Shown piece by piece: positions 50,572 to 63,445 of a DNA stretch of 64,000 nt; within the stretch, counting starts at the first letter, position 1, and each line of letters opens with the position of its first letter. The stretch lies in assembly GCF_028641065.1 (NCBI RefSeq), contig NC_073412.1:12338001-12402000 (forward strand), in the 5' to 3' direction. Source of the DNA: Leucoraja erinacea (Eukaryota). The notes beneath the pieces are model-generated. The model had not been told where the DNA came from. It was given only the letters and a program-made list of their open reading frames with translations, and searched no databases. A program made the translations under genes and the position numbers.

Positions 50572-52462
50572 ATGATTGACACAAAAAGCTGCAGTAACTC
50601 AGCAGGACAGGCAGCATCCCTGGAGGGAAGGAATGGGTGACGTTTCAAGTCGAGACCCTTCTTCAGAACGGTTAGGGATAAGGGAAACAAGAGATATAGA
50701 TGGTGATGTGGAGAGATAAAGAACAATGAATGAAAGATATGCAAAAATGTAATGATGATAAAGGAAACAGGCCATTGCAAGCTTTGTAGGGTGAAAATGA
50801 GAAGCTAGTGCCACTTGGGTGTGGGAGGGATAGAAAGAGAGGGAATGCCGGGGCTGCCTGCATTGAGAGAAATCAATATTCATACCACTGGGCTGTAAGC
50901 TGTCCAAGCGAAATATGAGATGCAGCTCCACCAATTTGTGTTTAGCCTCACTCTGACAACGGAGGAGTCCGAGGACAGAAAGGTCTGTGTAGGAATGGGA
51001 AGGAGAATGAAAGTGTCCAGAAATCGGGAGATCAGGTTGGTTCAGGCAGACTGAGCAAAAGGTGTTCTGCCAACCGATTGTCTAGTCTGCGTTTGGTCTC
51101 GCTGATGTAAAGGAGTCCACATCTGTAACAACGGATACAGTAGATGAGGTTGGAGGCCGTGCAAGTGAACCTCGGCCTAACCTGAAAGGACTGTCGGGGT
51201 CCCTGGACAGTCGAGGGAGGACGTATAGCGACAGGTGTTGCATCTTCTGCTATTGCAGGGGAAGGTACCTGTTGAGGGGGTGGTTTGGGTGGGAAGAGAT
51301 GAGAACCAGGTAGTGGCGGAGGGAACGGTCTCTGTGGAAGGCGGAATGGGGTGGAGATGGGAAAATGTGGCTAATCCATCCCGTTGGAGGTGGCGGAAAT
51401 TTTGGAGGATTATGTGTTGTATGTGATAGCTGATGGGGTAAGGACTAGGGGAACTCTGTCTCTATTACGACTAGTAGGAAGCGAGCAAGGGAAGAGCTGC
51501 GGGGTACCAAGGAGACACGAGTGAGGGCCTCATCGATGATGGGAGAGGGGATTCCCCGTTCCCTGAAGAATGAGCTCATCTCAGATGTTCTAGTATGGAA
51601 CACCTCATCTTGCGTGCAGATGCGGCGTAGACGGAGGAATTTGGAGTAGGGGGTAATCTTTGCAGGAAGCAGGGTGGGGAGAAGTGTAGTCGAGATAGTT
51701 GTGGGAGTCAGTGGGTTTGTATTAGACGTCATTCAATAGTCTATTTCCTGTGATGGAGACTGAGCAATCGGGAAAGGGGAGGGTGGTGTGGGAGATGGTC
51801 CAAGTAAATTTGAGTGCAGGATGAAAATTTGTGGTAAAGTTGAAGTCCTTGAGTTCTGCATGGGTGCAGGAGGTAGCAGTAATGGAGATAGAGTTTGGGG
51901 ATAGGGCCAGTGCAGCCTAGAACAGGGATTGTTCAATGTACCCTACAAAGAGGCAGGCATAGCTGGGGCCCGTGCGAGTGCCCATAGCTACGCCTTGGAC
52001 TTGGAGGAAGTGGGAGGAGTCAAAGGAGAAGTTGTTGAGGGGAGGACCAGCTCCGCTGTTAGTAGAGGGAAATTGGATGGTTCTGTGGTCGAGGAAGTAA
52101 CGGAGGGCTTTAAGGCCTTCCTGGTGTGGGATGGAGGTGTAGAGGTGTAGAGTGACTGAACATCAATAGCAAAGATGAGGGAGTGGGGGCTCGGAAAACA
52201 GGTCATTAAAAAGACGAAGGGCGTGCGAGGTATTATTGGACCAGGGGGGTTAGGATGGAGTCGAGGTATGTGGACATAATTTCCATGGGACAGGAGCAGG
52301 CAGAAACAATGGGTCTGCCAGGGCAGTTGTGTTTGTGGATTTTGGGGAGAAGGTAAAACCAGGCTGTGCGGGGCTGGGAGATAATACCGTTGGAGGTTGT
52401 GGAACGCAGACAGCCAGAAGTGATGAAATCAGTAATGGTGTTTGAAATTAAAGCCTGGAAGA
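50572..52462 (-). mobile_element. Penelope-like element, 5'-truncated and decayed: RT, GIY-YIG endonuclease, pseudo-LTR with hammerhead-like motif
   Basis: FYLLPKIHKHNCPGRPIVSACSCP, IDVQSLYTS, PYSKFLRLRRIC, C-terminal LIFRLDSLQPSGMNIDFS; 3' UTR contains CTGAAGAAGGGTCTCGACTTGAAACGTC (minus, ~50639-50666). Confidence 0.9.
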
Positions 52463-52513
52463 TGATTAGTGTGCAGAGTTTACTAAAGTTCTGGTAGTGC
52501 AATAGTGGTTTAC

Positions 52514-52837
52514 TGGGGAGTCCAGAACGAGGGGGTCACAGTTTAAGAATAAGAGGTAAGGCATTTAGGACTGATATGAGGAAAAACGTTTTCACTGAGA
52601 GTTGTGAATCTGTGGAATTCTCTGCCACGGAAGGCGGTGGAGACCAATTCACTGGATGTTTTCGAGAGAGTTAGATTTGGCTCCCGGGGCTTAGGGAATC
52701 AAGGGATATGGGGGGAAAAGCCAGAATGGCGTACTGATTTTGGATGATCAGCTGTGATCATATTGAATGGCGGTGCTGGCTCGATGGGCCGAATGGCCTA
52801 CTCCTGCACCTATTTTTTCTGTCTATGTTTCTATTGT
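52514..52837 (+). mobile_element. CR1 3' end
   Basis: Similar to 7290-7590; ttctatgt-type tail. Confidence 0.82.
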
Positions 52838-52887
52838 CAGGTGCAAAGCACAGTAATTATTTTTGGATGTTTGTATTGTTTTTCCAG

Positions 52888-52998
52888 GTGGTGGAACACC
52901 TATTCTTGCTCATCTCTAATTGCATGTGGGAGGCCCCCATTTCCCAGGCAAAACACACAATTCAGGTCAAGGAGAAGGAGCAGCCAACAAAACTACAG
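52888..52998 (+). CDS. HERC1: HERC1 exon (VVEHLFLLISNCMWE...TKLQ)
   Basis: tttttccag acceptor, CAG|gtac donor. Confidence 0.94.
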
Positions 52999-53889
52999 GT
53001 ACCACACCCTACATGTTCTTGATTAGTACGGGTGTCAGGGGGGGATGGGGTAGAGGGGGAAAGATAGATAGCCATGATAGAATGGCAGAGTAAACTTGAT
53101 GGGCCAAATGGCCTAATTCTGTTCCTAGAACTTATGAACGTATGTTCTTTTACTGACCATGTACATCACCACACTTGTGCATATGACAATACACTTTCCC
53201 CTTTAGTCTTATAAACAATTAATGTATTTTAAATCAGTTCAAACTGAGATTAAAAGTTCAAAATGTAAACCACTGCATGGAAATTGGAAGAGCAATAAGG
53301 ACGTCAATCCGAGTAAAGGAAATGGGATTAAGGCTGCTTGTTGAAGATGTTCATTGTGGATGGATGGCAGGTGGCCAGAACACCAGCATTTGTTTAATGA
53401 CTTATTAGAATAGAACTCAGAAATTTCTACCCGTTTTAAATCTTGACCGTCTATGGATCACTGTCTAATGGCAAATATAAAGCCATATTAAAAAGGACAC
53501 TCGGAGATTTCAGTATAGTGTTTTCGGGTTAGATTCTAATTTGACTATTACTGAAATCCAGGGACCAGCAAATAATTTGTAAAATTTGTAAGGAAGAGAA
53601 TTAGTAAAATAGTGAGTAGAAGTTGGGTGGAATGTGAAATAATAGAAGCATTGCCGCAAAATCGAGAAACAACAAATATTTAAGCATTTCACAATTCACC
53701 TGAATTCCCACAGGTTTATTCACATTTAAAAGTAGGAAAGGAACTGAACTCTTGCTACTGCGGCTCAATGTTTGCAAGATGACCAAAGGATTCCCCCTCC
53801 TGCAGGTTGGGAAGTCCAGATATGTGAGAAACTTTGAGGTTGTGTAGAATTTGATAGCTAGACCCAAATTGGTTTTTTTCCCCCACCTC

Positions 53890-54057
53890 TGTGTATGAAG
53901 GAACTGCAGATGCAGGTTTAAACTGAAGATAGACGCAAAAATCTGAGTAACTCATCGGGCCAGACTGAAGAAGGGTCTCGACCCGAAACTTCACCCATTC
54001 CTTCTCTCCAGAGATGTTGCCTGTCCCACTGAGTTACTCCAGCTTTTTGTGTCTGTC
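53890..54057. mobile_element. PLE pseudo-LTR fold-back copy with hammerhead-like core on +
   Basis: CTGAAGAAGGGTCTCGACCCGAAACTTC at 53965-53992. Confidence 0.75.
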
Positions 54058-54432
54058 TTTATTGCCCCTCTGTTTGCTGACCAACAATGGCCAAGAAAAC
54101 CATTTAAAAAGATTGGGGCTGATTACAAGATGACCTCTGATTACACAGAGGAAGGAGGAACATGAAAGAGGAAAAAACTGCATTGGAGCAATTGGGGAAT
54201 AGAAGAACACTGGCGTGGGGTAGAGAGGAGAGAAAGGATTACCGCGAAGGATATGATGGCAGTGCATCAAAAGGGAGAGTTGTCTGTGGTTGTGGGAGCT
54301 CAGGTGGTCCAGCAAAGGTTTAAATCCAGTCAGACCCCCAGGAAGTGTTTCACTGTCTTGCTCACAGCTGACACTGAAATGTACTTACCTGCTAACTCCA
54401 ATTATATGCTGGTTTATCATGTTTACCTACAA

Positions 54433-54656
54433 CAAGTGTTCCCAGCCTGGGGTAAATTTACCCCCAGAGGATAAATTCCGCCTACCCAGGGGGTAACTGT
54501 GTGGATTTGTACATATTTTTTCCTCATTGATTGACTGTGGTTCTGGTACACCAGTATCTATTCATCATTAGTTGTTCATAAATAAGTGAACAGACATTGT
54601 TAAATGCTATTAAAGTTGCCTGGGGTAAACGGGACGAAAAAGGTTGGGAACTACTG
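54433..54656. mobile_element. hAT (Charlie-like) MITE
   Basis: Imperfect TIR caagtgttcccagcct / aggttgggaactactg; 8-bp TSD acctacaa at 54425-54432 and 54657-54664. Confidence 0.85.
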
Positions 54657-55507
54657 ACCTACAACCTTTCAATCCAAACTAATCATCAACATCTGAGATT
54701 GGATTACATTTATATGTAACAACCACTGACACACCTGTCAAAAACTGCTCATTTCTGTGACCCCCCCCCCCCCCGAAGCACAATCAGTTAAATGTAAATT
54801 AGTTGCCATTGAGTCAATTTGTGTTTATCATTCATGAATCACTGTCCCTCTTCCCTCTCTTGTGTGGAGTTTGAATATTCCTTTAAAGTGAATTGAATTG
54901 ATTGAATATTGTCACATGCAACAAGCCACAGTGACATTCTTTGCTTGCAAACCAAAGGTAGGCAAATAGCTGCTACATAAAGGGTACTGACAAAGTTACA
55001 AAGTATCCTGCACTAAGCCTACCCTTATTCTGCCCCGTCCCCACGGTGGTTTCCACACGTCAAGTCTTCCTTTGTTCTTCCCCCCCCCCCCCCCACTCAG
55101 GGAGGTCCTCCTTTGTGTGTGTATCACACGCCCCTCACAGCGGTCTTCCCATGCCAGATCCTCCAATGTTCCCCGTGGCCCGTGCTCTGTCTCCCACGTG
55201 GCCTGTCCTTGGCGGCCGGCGCCCTCAACGATCGACCTCGATGACTGCTGCACCAAACTCCTCCATGAGCACCGCCGGGTCCCCCCCCCCCCCGGACGAC
55301 TCCGCGGCCCAGGCCCCAGCCGCGGGCTCTGTTGATGCGCGAGGCTCGTCAACCCGCAAGGCTCCCGCCCCAAATGTTGGATCAGGCTTGAATTATGCAA
55401 GTCTGTGCCCGTTGTGAAAACGTTGTTGCCAGGATATATATGTTGTATAATTATCCTGTACTGTTAGAAACTTGCTTAATGATTATATATTTTTGTAACT
55501 ATAATAG

Positions 55508-55684
55508 AAGCAAGGAGAAATAGAAGAAGAAGACGAAAATCTTCCTATCCAAGAAGTATCCTTTGATCCTGAGAAAACTCAGTGTTGTGCGGTGGAGAAT
55601 GGACAAGTACTGACCCATGGGAGTGGTGGAAAGGGCTATGGTCTCGCATCGACTGGCATTGCTTCTGGATGCTATCAGTGGAAG
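55508..55684 (+). CDS. HERC1: HERC1 exon, start of SPRY/B30.2 region (KQGEIEEEDENLPIQEVSFDPEK...GCYQWK)
   Basis: aatag acceptor, AAG|gtac donor. Confidence 0.94.
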
Positions 55685-55831
55685 GTACATCTAAATTAAA
55701 TGCAGAAAATGTAAAACAAATATTTAAGAGTAGCAAATTTTGAATTCTGTCTGCATAGAAATGCGTGCATTGTATTGTGTCACTTTAATATATATTTCGA
55801 GAGTATCACACCTTCCAAATTTCTTTCCTAG

Positions 55832-56071
55832 TTTTATATAGTGAAGGAGAATCGAGGTAATGAAGGCACGTGTGTTGGAGTATCACGCTGGCCTGTGCAT
55901 GATTTCAACCATCGGACTACCTCGGACATGTGGCTGTACAGGGCTTACAGCGGTAATCTTTACCACAATGGTGAACAGACACTGACTCTCTTCAGCTTTA
56001 CACAAGGAGACCACATAACATGCGTCCTCGACATGGAGGCCAGGACAATCTCATTTGGGAAAAACGGAGAG
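55832..56071 (+). CDS. HERC1: HERC1 exon, SPRY domain (FYIVKENRGNEGTCVGVS...ISFGKNGE)
   Basis: ttcctag acceptor, GAG|gtaaac donor. Confidence 0.96.
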
Positions 56072-56685
56072 GTAAACACTCTCAATGTCCTTGGTATTTG
56101 TGAACTCTATATGCCAATAAAAGTGGTTTATTGCAAACATCCCCCCCCCCCCCCCCCCCCCCCCCCCCGCCTCCTCTGCAAATTCCAAACAAATTGCAAA
56201 ATAGGATTAACTTTGAAATTTGAATATAAACAAAAGCATAAAAAAGGAGCAGGAGTAGATAATGCAGCCCTTCAAGCCTGTTGCACCATGTAATGAGATC
56301 ATGGCTATTCATCTACTTCAATATTATGGTCAGCTTTCTCCCCATAAACCTTGAGCGCTCTACTCCAAATAATTCCAACTTTTTAAAAAAGTATATTTAA
56401 TGATTTGGCTTCAACAGCGCTTTGTCAAAGAGAATTTCTTGTTTTCACCTCTCACTGGGAGAAGAAATTTGTCCTCATTTGAGTTTTAAACATCTTACTC
56501 CTTGATCTGCTATGACTCCTCATTCTTGCGCTCCCTGGCATTACGAATGTCCTTCCTGTAACAAACCTTTCCAATCCTGTTTGTGTTGGAGTAGTCTATG
56601 AGATTCGTCAAATGACTCAATCTCTCTCCATTAGTCAGTCTACTACCTCAGGAATCAGTTTTGTGCTGATATCTTAATTGACCAT

Positions 56686-57185
56686 AGATAGATACAAAAT
56701 GCTGGAGTAACTCGGCGGGTCAGACAGCATCTCTGGAGAAAAAAAATAGGTGTTGTTTCGGGTTGAGACCCTTCAGACTGAGAGGCAGGGGAAAGGGGAG
56801 CGAGAGATATAGAAGGTGATGTGGAGAGATATAAAACAAATGAATGAAAGATATGCAAAAAAAGTAACAATGATAAAGGAAACGGGCCTTGCTGTTTGCA
56901 AGGTGAGAATGAGAAGCTGGTGGGGAGGGACGGAGAGAGAGGGAATGCAGGGATTACTTGAAGATCGAGAAATCAATATTCGGACCACTGGGTTGTAAAC
57001 GACCCAAGCGAAATATGAGATGCTGTTCCTTTGTGTTTAGCCTCACTCTGACAATGGAAGAGACCGAGGACAGAAAGGTCAGTGTGGGAATGGGAATGAA
57101 AGTGTTTGGCAACAGGGAGATCGTGTGGGTCCAGGCGGACTGAGCGAAGGTGTCCAGCGAAACATTCGCCCAGTCTACGACCATA
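56686..57185 (-). mobile_element. Penelope-like 3' fragment (GIY-YIG end + pseudo-LTR)
   Basis: RRLGECFAGHLRSV, HFHSHSH, HLIFRLGRLQPSG; similar to 50572-51100. Confidence 0.87.
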
Positions 57186-57939
57186 TCCACACAGGAACGC
57201 CTTCGAACCCACAATGTTTATGTCAAACATGACGCCAATTTAAACTAATCTCTGCTAATAACCTTTCATAATTTATAAAATATGCTCCTCATTTGCAGAA
57301 GATAGACACAAAGCTGGAGTAACTCAGTGGGTCAGGCATCATTTCTACAGAAAAGGAATAGGGTGACGTTTTGGGTCGAGACCTTTATTCAGGTCTTGTA
57401 TTCCCAGTTTATTGACCAGACAGGAAAACTTCCAGGGTTACCCTGCCAACTGAGCTTTTGTTATACCAATCAGACATGATTTATGCCTCTGCCAATGGTG
57501 CTAGTTTACTTTTCTCTCTGCTGGCTAAATAATCTCAGTTGCAATCTATATACCGATAGATTGTAGAACAGGTTGGTGTTGAACCAGGAAGCTTTGCGGC
57601 AAAGGGCACCGTGTACTTTCATGCTTTAATATGCCATTAAGATTCCTTACTGTTGGCTACAGGCTGGAATTAATTATCAGTTGACATGAACATTTTATTT
57701 TAAAGTGCAGCATGCACAGAATATAAACGACTAAAGAGCTGAGAACTCCAATATTTTTCAGACTTTTGTGCAGAAATGCGTTTTTTTTAACATCAGTCTG
57801 GATATTACTGACATTTAATTATGTAATGTGCGCCTGCTGGAAATTGCTTACAGATACAGTTCCAAATTGTTGCTGTTTTCACGGATGTGTTACTGAAGCA
57901 GCTTTTCTTAATTAAATGTCCCACTTTATTTCCATTTAG

Positions 57940-58023
57940 GAACCTAAGTTAGCGTTTGAAGATGTGGATGCAGCAGAGTTGTACCCTTGTGTCATGTTCT
58001 ACAGCAGTAATCCTGGTGAAAAG
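57940..58023 (+). CDS. HERC1: HERC1 exon, SPRY domain end (EPKLAFEDVDAAELYPCVMFYSSNPGEK)
   Basis: catttag acceptor, AAG|gtaa donor. Confidence 0.96.
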
Positions 58024-58238
58024 GTAAAGACAATTTACCCACTGGCAGGTCCCCTGTGGGTTTTCTTGAATTAAATCAAACGTGAAGCTGTATTTTGGAA
58101 TGATTTGAAAAGGGCTTCATGAATGTGTTTTGCCAGGAAAATGGCGGCTGTTTTGGGGTCGTCCGAAAAGAAGTTAAAATATCAAATCTGAACCCAATCC
58201 AGCCCACCTCCAGGTTTCCTCCTCTTGCTGGCCATTCA

Positions 58239-58842
58239 GGGGCGGCATGGTGGCACAGCTGTAGAGTTGATGCCTTACAGCACCAGATACCCGAGTTCCA
58301 CCCTGACTACAGCTGCTTTCTGCACACGGAGTTTATACATTCTCCCCGTGACCTGCGTGGGTTTTCTCCGGGTGCTCCGGTTTCCCCCCCACACAGGTCT
58401 GTAGGTCAATTGGCTTTGGTAAATATTGTAAATATTTTGGAGGATAGTGCGGGTGTACGGGGATCACTGGTTAGTGCGGATTCGGTAGGCTGAAGGGCCT
58501 GTTTCTGCACTGTATCTCTAAATTAAACTAAAAGGGCAACATGAAAATGAGTTGCATGTTTTTAGTTTAGAGATGAGGCGTGGAAACAGGGACCGAGTCC
58601 GTGCCAACTAGTGAACCCGTTCACTAGTTCTATCCTACACACTACCGACAATTTTGCAGAATCCAATTAACCAACAACCCTGCATGTCTTTGGAATGTGC
58701 AAGGAAACCGGAGTACCTGGAGAAAACCCAAGCGGTCACAGGGAGAACGTATAAACTTCATATGTACAGCACCCATAGTCGGGATCGAACAAGGCTCTCT
58801 GGCATTGCAAGGCAGCAACTGTACTATTGGGCCACAGTGCCG
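58239..58842. mobile_element. Two HE1-like V-SINEs, tail-to-tail inverted (58239-58532 +, 58561-58842 -)
   Basis: Family motifs on opposite strands, ~30 nt apart. Confidence 0.85.
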
Positions 58843-60449
58843 CTAGTTGAAATGCTGAGTGGAGAAAATGTGAAGAGTGCAAGTAAGCATTCCCTTGTGA
58901 TGGCCTTTTGTTAACGAGAGTCAATCGTGTGTTGTTGGGATTATACAGCATAGAAACAGGCCATTCGTCCCACTGTATAGACGTGGACACACATCTTTCC
59001 ACACTTGGCCAATTGCCTTCATGCCTGGGTGATCGAAATGCTTGTCTTGATGCTTAAATGCTATTAGCCACTCTGCTTCTTGGTGCTTAGCTGGTCAATA
59101 TGTTGCAGCCTCGTGTGTCTGCCTCCTGCTGGTCTTAGTGATTTGGCTGAACTTTCTGAGCAGCTGTATCATTCAGATATGCCTGATGCAAGAATACGTA
59201 TCGTGCCTTTATCACAGCTTTCAGCTCAACTCATGATTACGATCATTATCAAGAGGCTATTAAACACCTGCTGCAGTTCTATATAAAAACACACAAAATG
59301 CTAAGTAACACAGCAGGCTAATAATGTCTCTGGAGAACATGGATAGGCAATGTTTTTTGGACTCTTATTCAGACTGATTGTATGGGGAGGGACAAGCCTG
59401 GCAGGTGATAGGTGGACACAAAGTGCTGGAGTAACTCAGCGGGCCAGGCAGCATCTCTGGAGAACAACGAATGCTAACATTCTGGGAGCCCGAAACGCCA
59501 CTCATCCTTTTCTCCTGAGATGCTGCCTGATCTGTTGAGATACTCTGGCATTTAGTGTCTATCGTTGGTTCCTTTCTACACAAGTTCTGCAGATGCAGAT
59601 GAGGAGGCTTGATTGACAAATGTGTGCGCGAAGGCCAGCGATGAAAAGAAGATAACAGATTGTGAGATATGTAGAGGAGGCATGAAATGTGAAGCCAGAG
59701 GAAAGAATATAGGTGGAAGGGGATGGAAGGAAAGTGGGCGGCAGTGTGGAAGAAATAGATGCATTAAGGTGCGGCAAGGGTAGAGAGGGGAGTAAAGAGG
59801 GCGGAGAGGGTGGGAGTATTGGCCAGCGGGGTGTTATTGGTTACTTACTGACATTGGAAAATTTCATGTTCATACTGTTGTGTTATGAGCTAAAGGAAAA
59901 ATGTATGGAAGAAAGATTATAGTCCGGCAGGGTATTCTTCATTCGTTACATGATATACATGTTGGACTGATTTGGTGAAAGCGAGAGAATGCAGTGCTGC
60001 TGTAGATGGTTTCCCTACCCCTGTTAGACTAAGATCAAGGCTGAAGCTAAAGAGAACTGACAGTTTAATTTGTAAATACACAAGTCCTAGATTACTGCAG
60101 AATGAGAGGAGACAGTGGTTTGCGGAGAATGTAAGTAATTAAGCAAAGCGATATTTCCATTTAGTAGCCAGCATGCACTGGGGGACCACTGTCACTGAGC
60201 TCAGCTGCCAGTATTGAACAACTGAGTATATGAACAACCAGTTCATGGTGCCCTGGCATAGTGAAGGTTGTTTGAATGTGAGCCTAGACTATTATTGACC
60301 CGGAAACAGTGTCGTGGGGTGACGCCTGTATGGTCGTGAGTATTCTCCCAAAGAGTCGTACCTTTTTCTGGTCACCGCTGAAAATCTTCGGCGTCCTGCT
60401 GCAACTATGCAGTACTGGTAGACGCCAAAAAACTGGGACAGGCCCTTTA

Positions 60450-61672
60450 GTTTAATACCGTCTTTGACTTCCCTTGTCAGCCACGGTCGCCACATGGGAA
60501 ATCTTTCTTCCTCTGGGATGAAATGACCCCGCATCTTCCGAATTCCTGTCAGCGTCCCTTTCCAATGAACTTTAGCCACCCCCTCTCTCATGCCTCTAGT
60601 TACCTTTACTCAACAGTAATATCAACACATCTAATTCCATCTTCTCCCTCTCAGACTGCAGGTTGAATTTTATCATATTATGGTCACTACCTCCTAGGGA
60701 TTCCTTTACCTTGAGCTCCTAATCAAATCCAGTTTGTAGAGTAGACGAAAAGGCTGGAGAAACTCAGCGGGTGAGGCAGCATTTATGGAGCGAAGGAAAT
60801 GGGCGACGTTTCGGGTCGAGACCCTATTTCCTTCACTCCATAAATGCTGCCTCACCTGCTGAGTTTCTCCAGCATTTTTGTCTACCTTCAATTTTCCAGC
60901 ATCTGACGTTCCTTCTTAACCAAATCCAGAAGTGACTTTACGCAAGTAGGCTCGACTACAAGCTGCTCTAAGAAACCATCTCATGGCACGCTACAAATTC
61001 CTTCTCTTGGAATCTATGGTTTTCCCAGTTTACCTGCACATTGAAATCCCCCATGACCACTATAACATTGCCTGCCGTTTATGCTGATTTTATCTCCTGA
61101 TTTAATTTGTTCGCTACATCCTGGCTACAGTTCGGAGGCATGTATATAACTCCCAACAGGTCTTTTTAGCCCTTGCGGTTTCTTAGCTCTACCCATGAGG
61201 ATAATACATCTTCTGATCCTATGTCATCGCAAGGACTGAATTCATTTCTTACCAGGAGAGCTACCCCACCCCTTCTGCCCACCTGTCTGTCTTTCTGATG
61301 GAATGTAACCTATTTAAGGCATGTCTGATGCCCACATCATCATACCTACCAATTTCTAACTGGTCTATAAGCACATTCACTTTGTTCCATACACTGCGCG
61401 CATTCAATATAATAGTTCAGTATTCATCAGCCCTCTTCTCAAAACCCTTTTCACCCAGAGAGTTGTGATTTTGTGGAATTCCATGCCACAGAGGGCAGTG
61501 GAGGCAAAGTCACTGGATGGATTTAAAAGATAGTTAGATAGAGCTCCAGGGGCTAGTGGAATCAAGGGATATGGGGAGAAGGCAGGCATGGGTTATTGAT
61601 TGGGGACAATGAATGGCGGTGCTGGCTCGAGGGGCCGAATGGCCTCCTCCTGCACCTATTTTCTATGTTTCT
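60450..61672. mobile_element. CR1 endonuclease-region fragment (-) and CR1 3' end (+, 61447-61672)
   Basis: Reverse complement of atgggggatttcaa (MGDFN); CR1 3' UTR. Confidence 0.78.
60740..60920. mobile_element. PLE-derived fold-back insertion within a CR1 fragment
   Basis: Inverted arms gctggagaaactcagc / gctgagtttctccagc. Confidence 0.8.
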
Positions 61673-62965
61673 AAAAAATGTGTGTTCAATATTAGACCTT
61701 CAGTTTACTAACTCTGAGCCATAGGTTCAAAGACACTCTGGTGACAAGAATGTGACCTTATTTATGACCAGCATGTGATATTTTCATGCCCGCTTTCTCA
61801 AAAATAATTGCTTTTTTGGCTCATAACCTTAAATTAGCTGCCAAGCTTCTTACATTACAACAGTGACTGGACTTTAAAAGTGATTAGTTGTCTGACAAGC
61901 CCTTGTTGAAATCCTGAAAAACGGCATGTAAGTGCAAGTTTGTTCCAATGAAGGACCTGGCTTTTCTCAGCATCTCTTTTTCAGAACCATACAGTTATTC
62001 AGCACGGAAACAAGCCCTTTGACACAACTTGCCCAAGCTAACCAAGATGCCCCATCTAAGCTAGTCCTATTTGCCCATGTTTGGCCCATATCCCTCACCC
62101 TTTCCTCTCTGTGTCTTTTAAATGCTGTTATAGTATACCTGCCTCAAACACATCCTCTGGCAGTTCGATCCAGATATGCAGCACCCTTTGAGTGGAAAAA
62201 GTTGTCTCTAAGGTTCCTATTAAATCTTTTCCCCTCTCACCATAAATCTTTGTCCTCTGATTCCTGATTCCCATACCTAGGGTAAAGGAATCTGTGTTCA
62301 CGGTATCTTATTCTTTTATGAATGTATACACTGCCTTTAGATCACTCCTCTCCCTCCTGTGTTCTAAGGAATAAAATCCATGCCTGCCCAATCTCCCGCA
62401 AAAGCTCCGGCCCTTGAGTCCTAGCAACATCTTCATAAATCATCTCCACACTACTCCCCACTATTTTTATTAGGTAGCGTTTGTATTTTAGGAAATCAAA
62501 ACGTTCTAGAGTTTCCAAAAGCCTTCTGCATACTTAAATCCAGTCATCAGTTACTGGAGAGATTCCTTTGCTCAATGCAAACTGACCGATGATTCTCCCA
62601 GTTTTTTATTGCAAAATATATAATTGAAACATGCAAAGAATAAACTTTAACATTAAACTACAAGTAGAGAGGACAGGGATTCCAGTATTAAATACACCGG
62701 CCAAGTCTGGCTCATTACGGCCTCAATTGGAGGCTTGCTAAATATTTCAGGAAGAAGAAAGTTTTTGTGCAAGGGAATAAGTCCAATATTGAGAGCCAGA
62801 CAGTTAAGTAGCTTTCACGTGGGCAATTAAATTATTCAGTCCAAAATTTCCTTGGAGCTCCATCTGTTCCTCTGCTGTTGTAACATCTTAAATTACTGTA
62901 TATACAGTCGGATTCTCACTGTGCCTTCAGGTTACAACCTGAAACTAATTGTGGACAAGACTTAA

Positions 62966-63270
62966 GGGTGACACGGGTGCGCAACTGTAATAGTTGCTGC
63001 CTTGCAATCCCAGAGACCTAGGTTTGATCCTGACTACGGGTGCTGTCTGTACAGAGTTTGTACGTTCTCCCCGTGGCCTGCATGGATTTTCCCCGGATGT
63101 TCCGGTTTCCTCCCACACTCCAAAGAAGTACAGGTTTGTGGGCTGATTGGCTTTAAAATTGTAAATTATCCCAAGTGTGTGTAGGATAGTGTTATTGTGC
63201 AAGGATTACTGGTTGGCGCGGACTCGGTGGGCTGAAAGGTCTAGTTCCGCCCTGTATCTCTAAACTAAAC
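62966..63270 (+). mobile_element. HE1-like V-SINE
   Basis: Same family. Confidence 0.86.
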
Positions 63271-63445
63271 TTAATGATGTTTCTCTCCATGTAAAGCAAA
63301 CAAGTCGTGCATCTGAGCGTGTTTTCAGCTGATATTAGAGTAGATTGTTTTTGCCAATTTTTGCCAATATGGTCAACAAGGGTACGGTAAAAGCAATGTT
63401 GAAGCATGAGCTTGAAGCGAGTAAGCAGGAGCTGCAGCCACACAC

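Larger units (their letters stand above)
554..58023 (+). other. HERC1: HERC1 gene, internal part (25 coding exons; continues beyond both window ends)
   Basis: Spliced exons give one continuous 1393-codon frame matching recalled vertebrate HERC1 (EHHNFLKLCLKLLSNHL ... LPPLRERMELL ... SPRY domain ... YPCVMFYSSNPGEK). All introns are GT-AG with compatible phases. Confidence 0.97.

Noticed and set aside
59080-59286. ORF containing GLSDLAELSEQL, superficially like HERC1 GLADLSELQL
   Set aside because: Flanking residues do not match HERC1 and there are no convincing splice sites; treated as chance.
60724-60929. caaatccag as TSD of the fold-back insertion
   Set aside because: The first copy is not adjacent to the element end and the host CR1 has similar repeats; not counted as a TSD.
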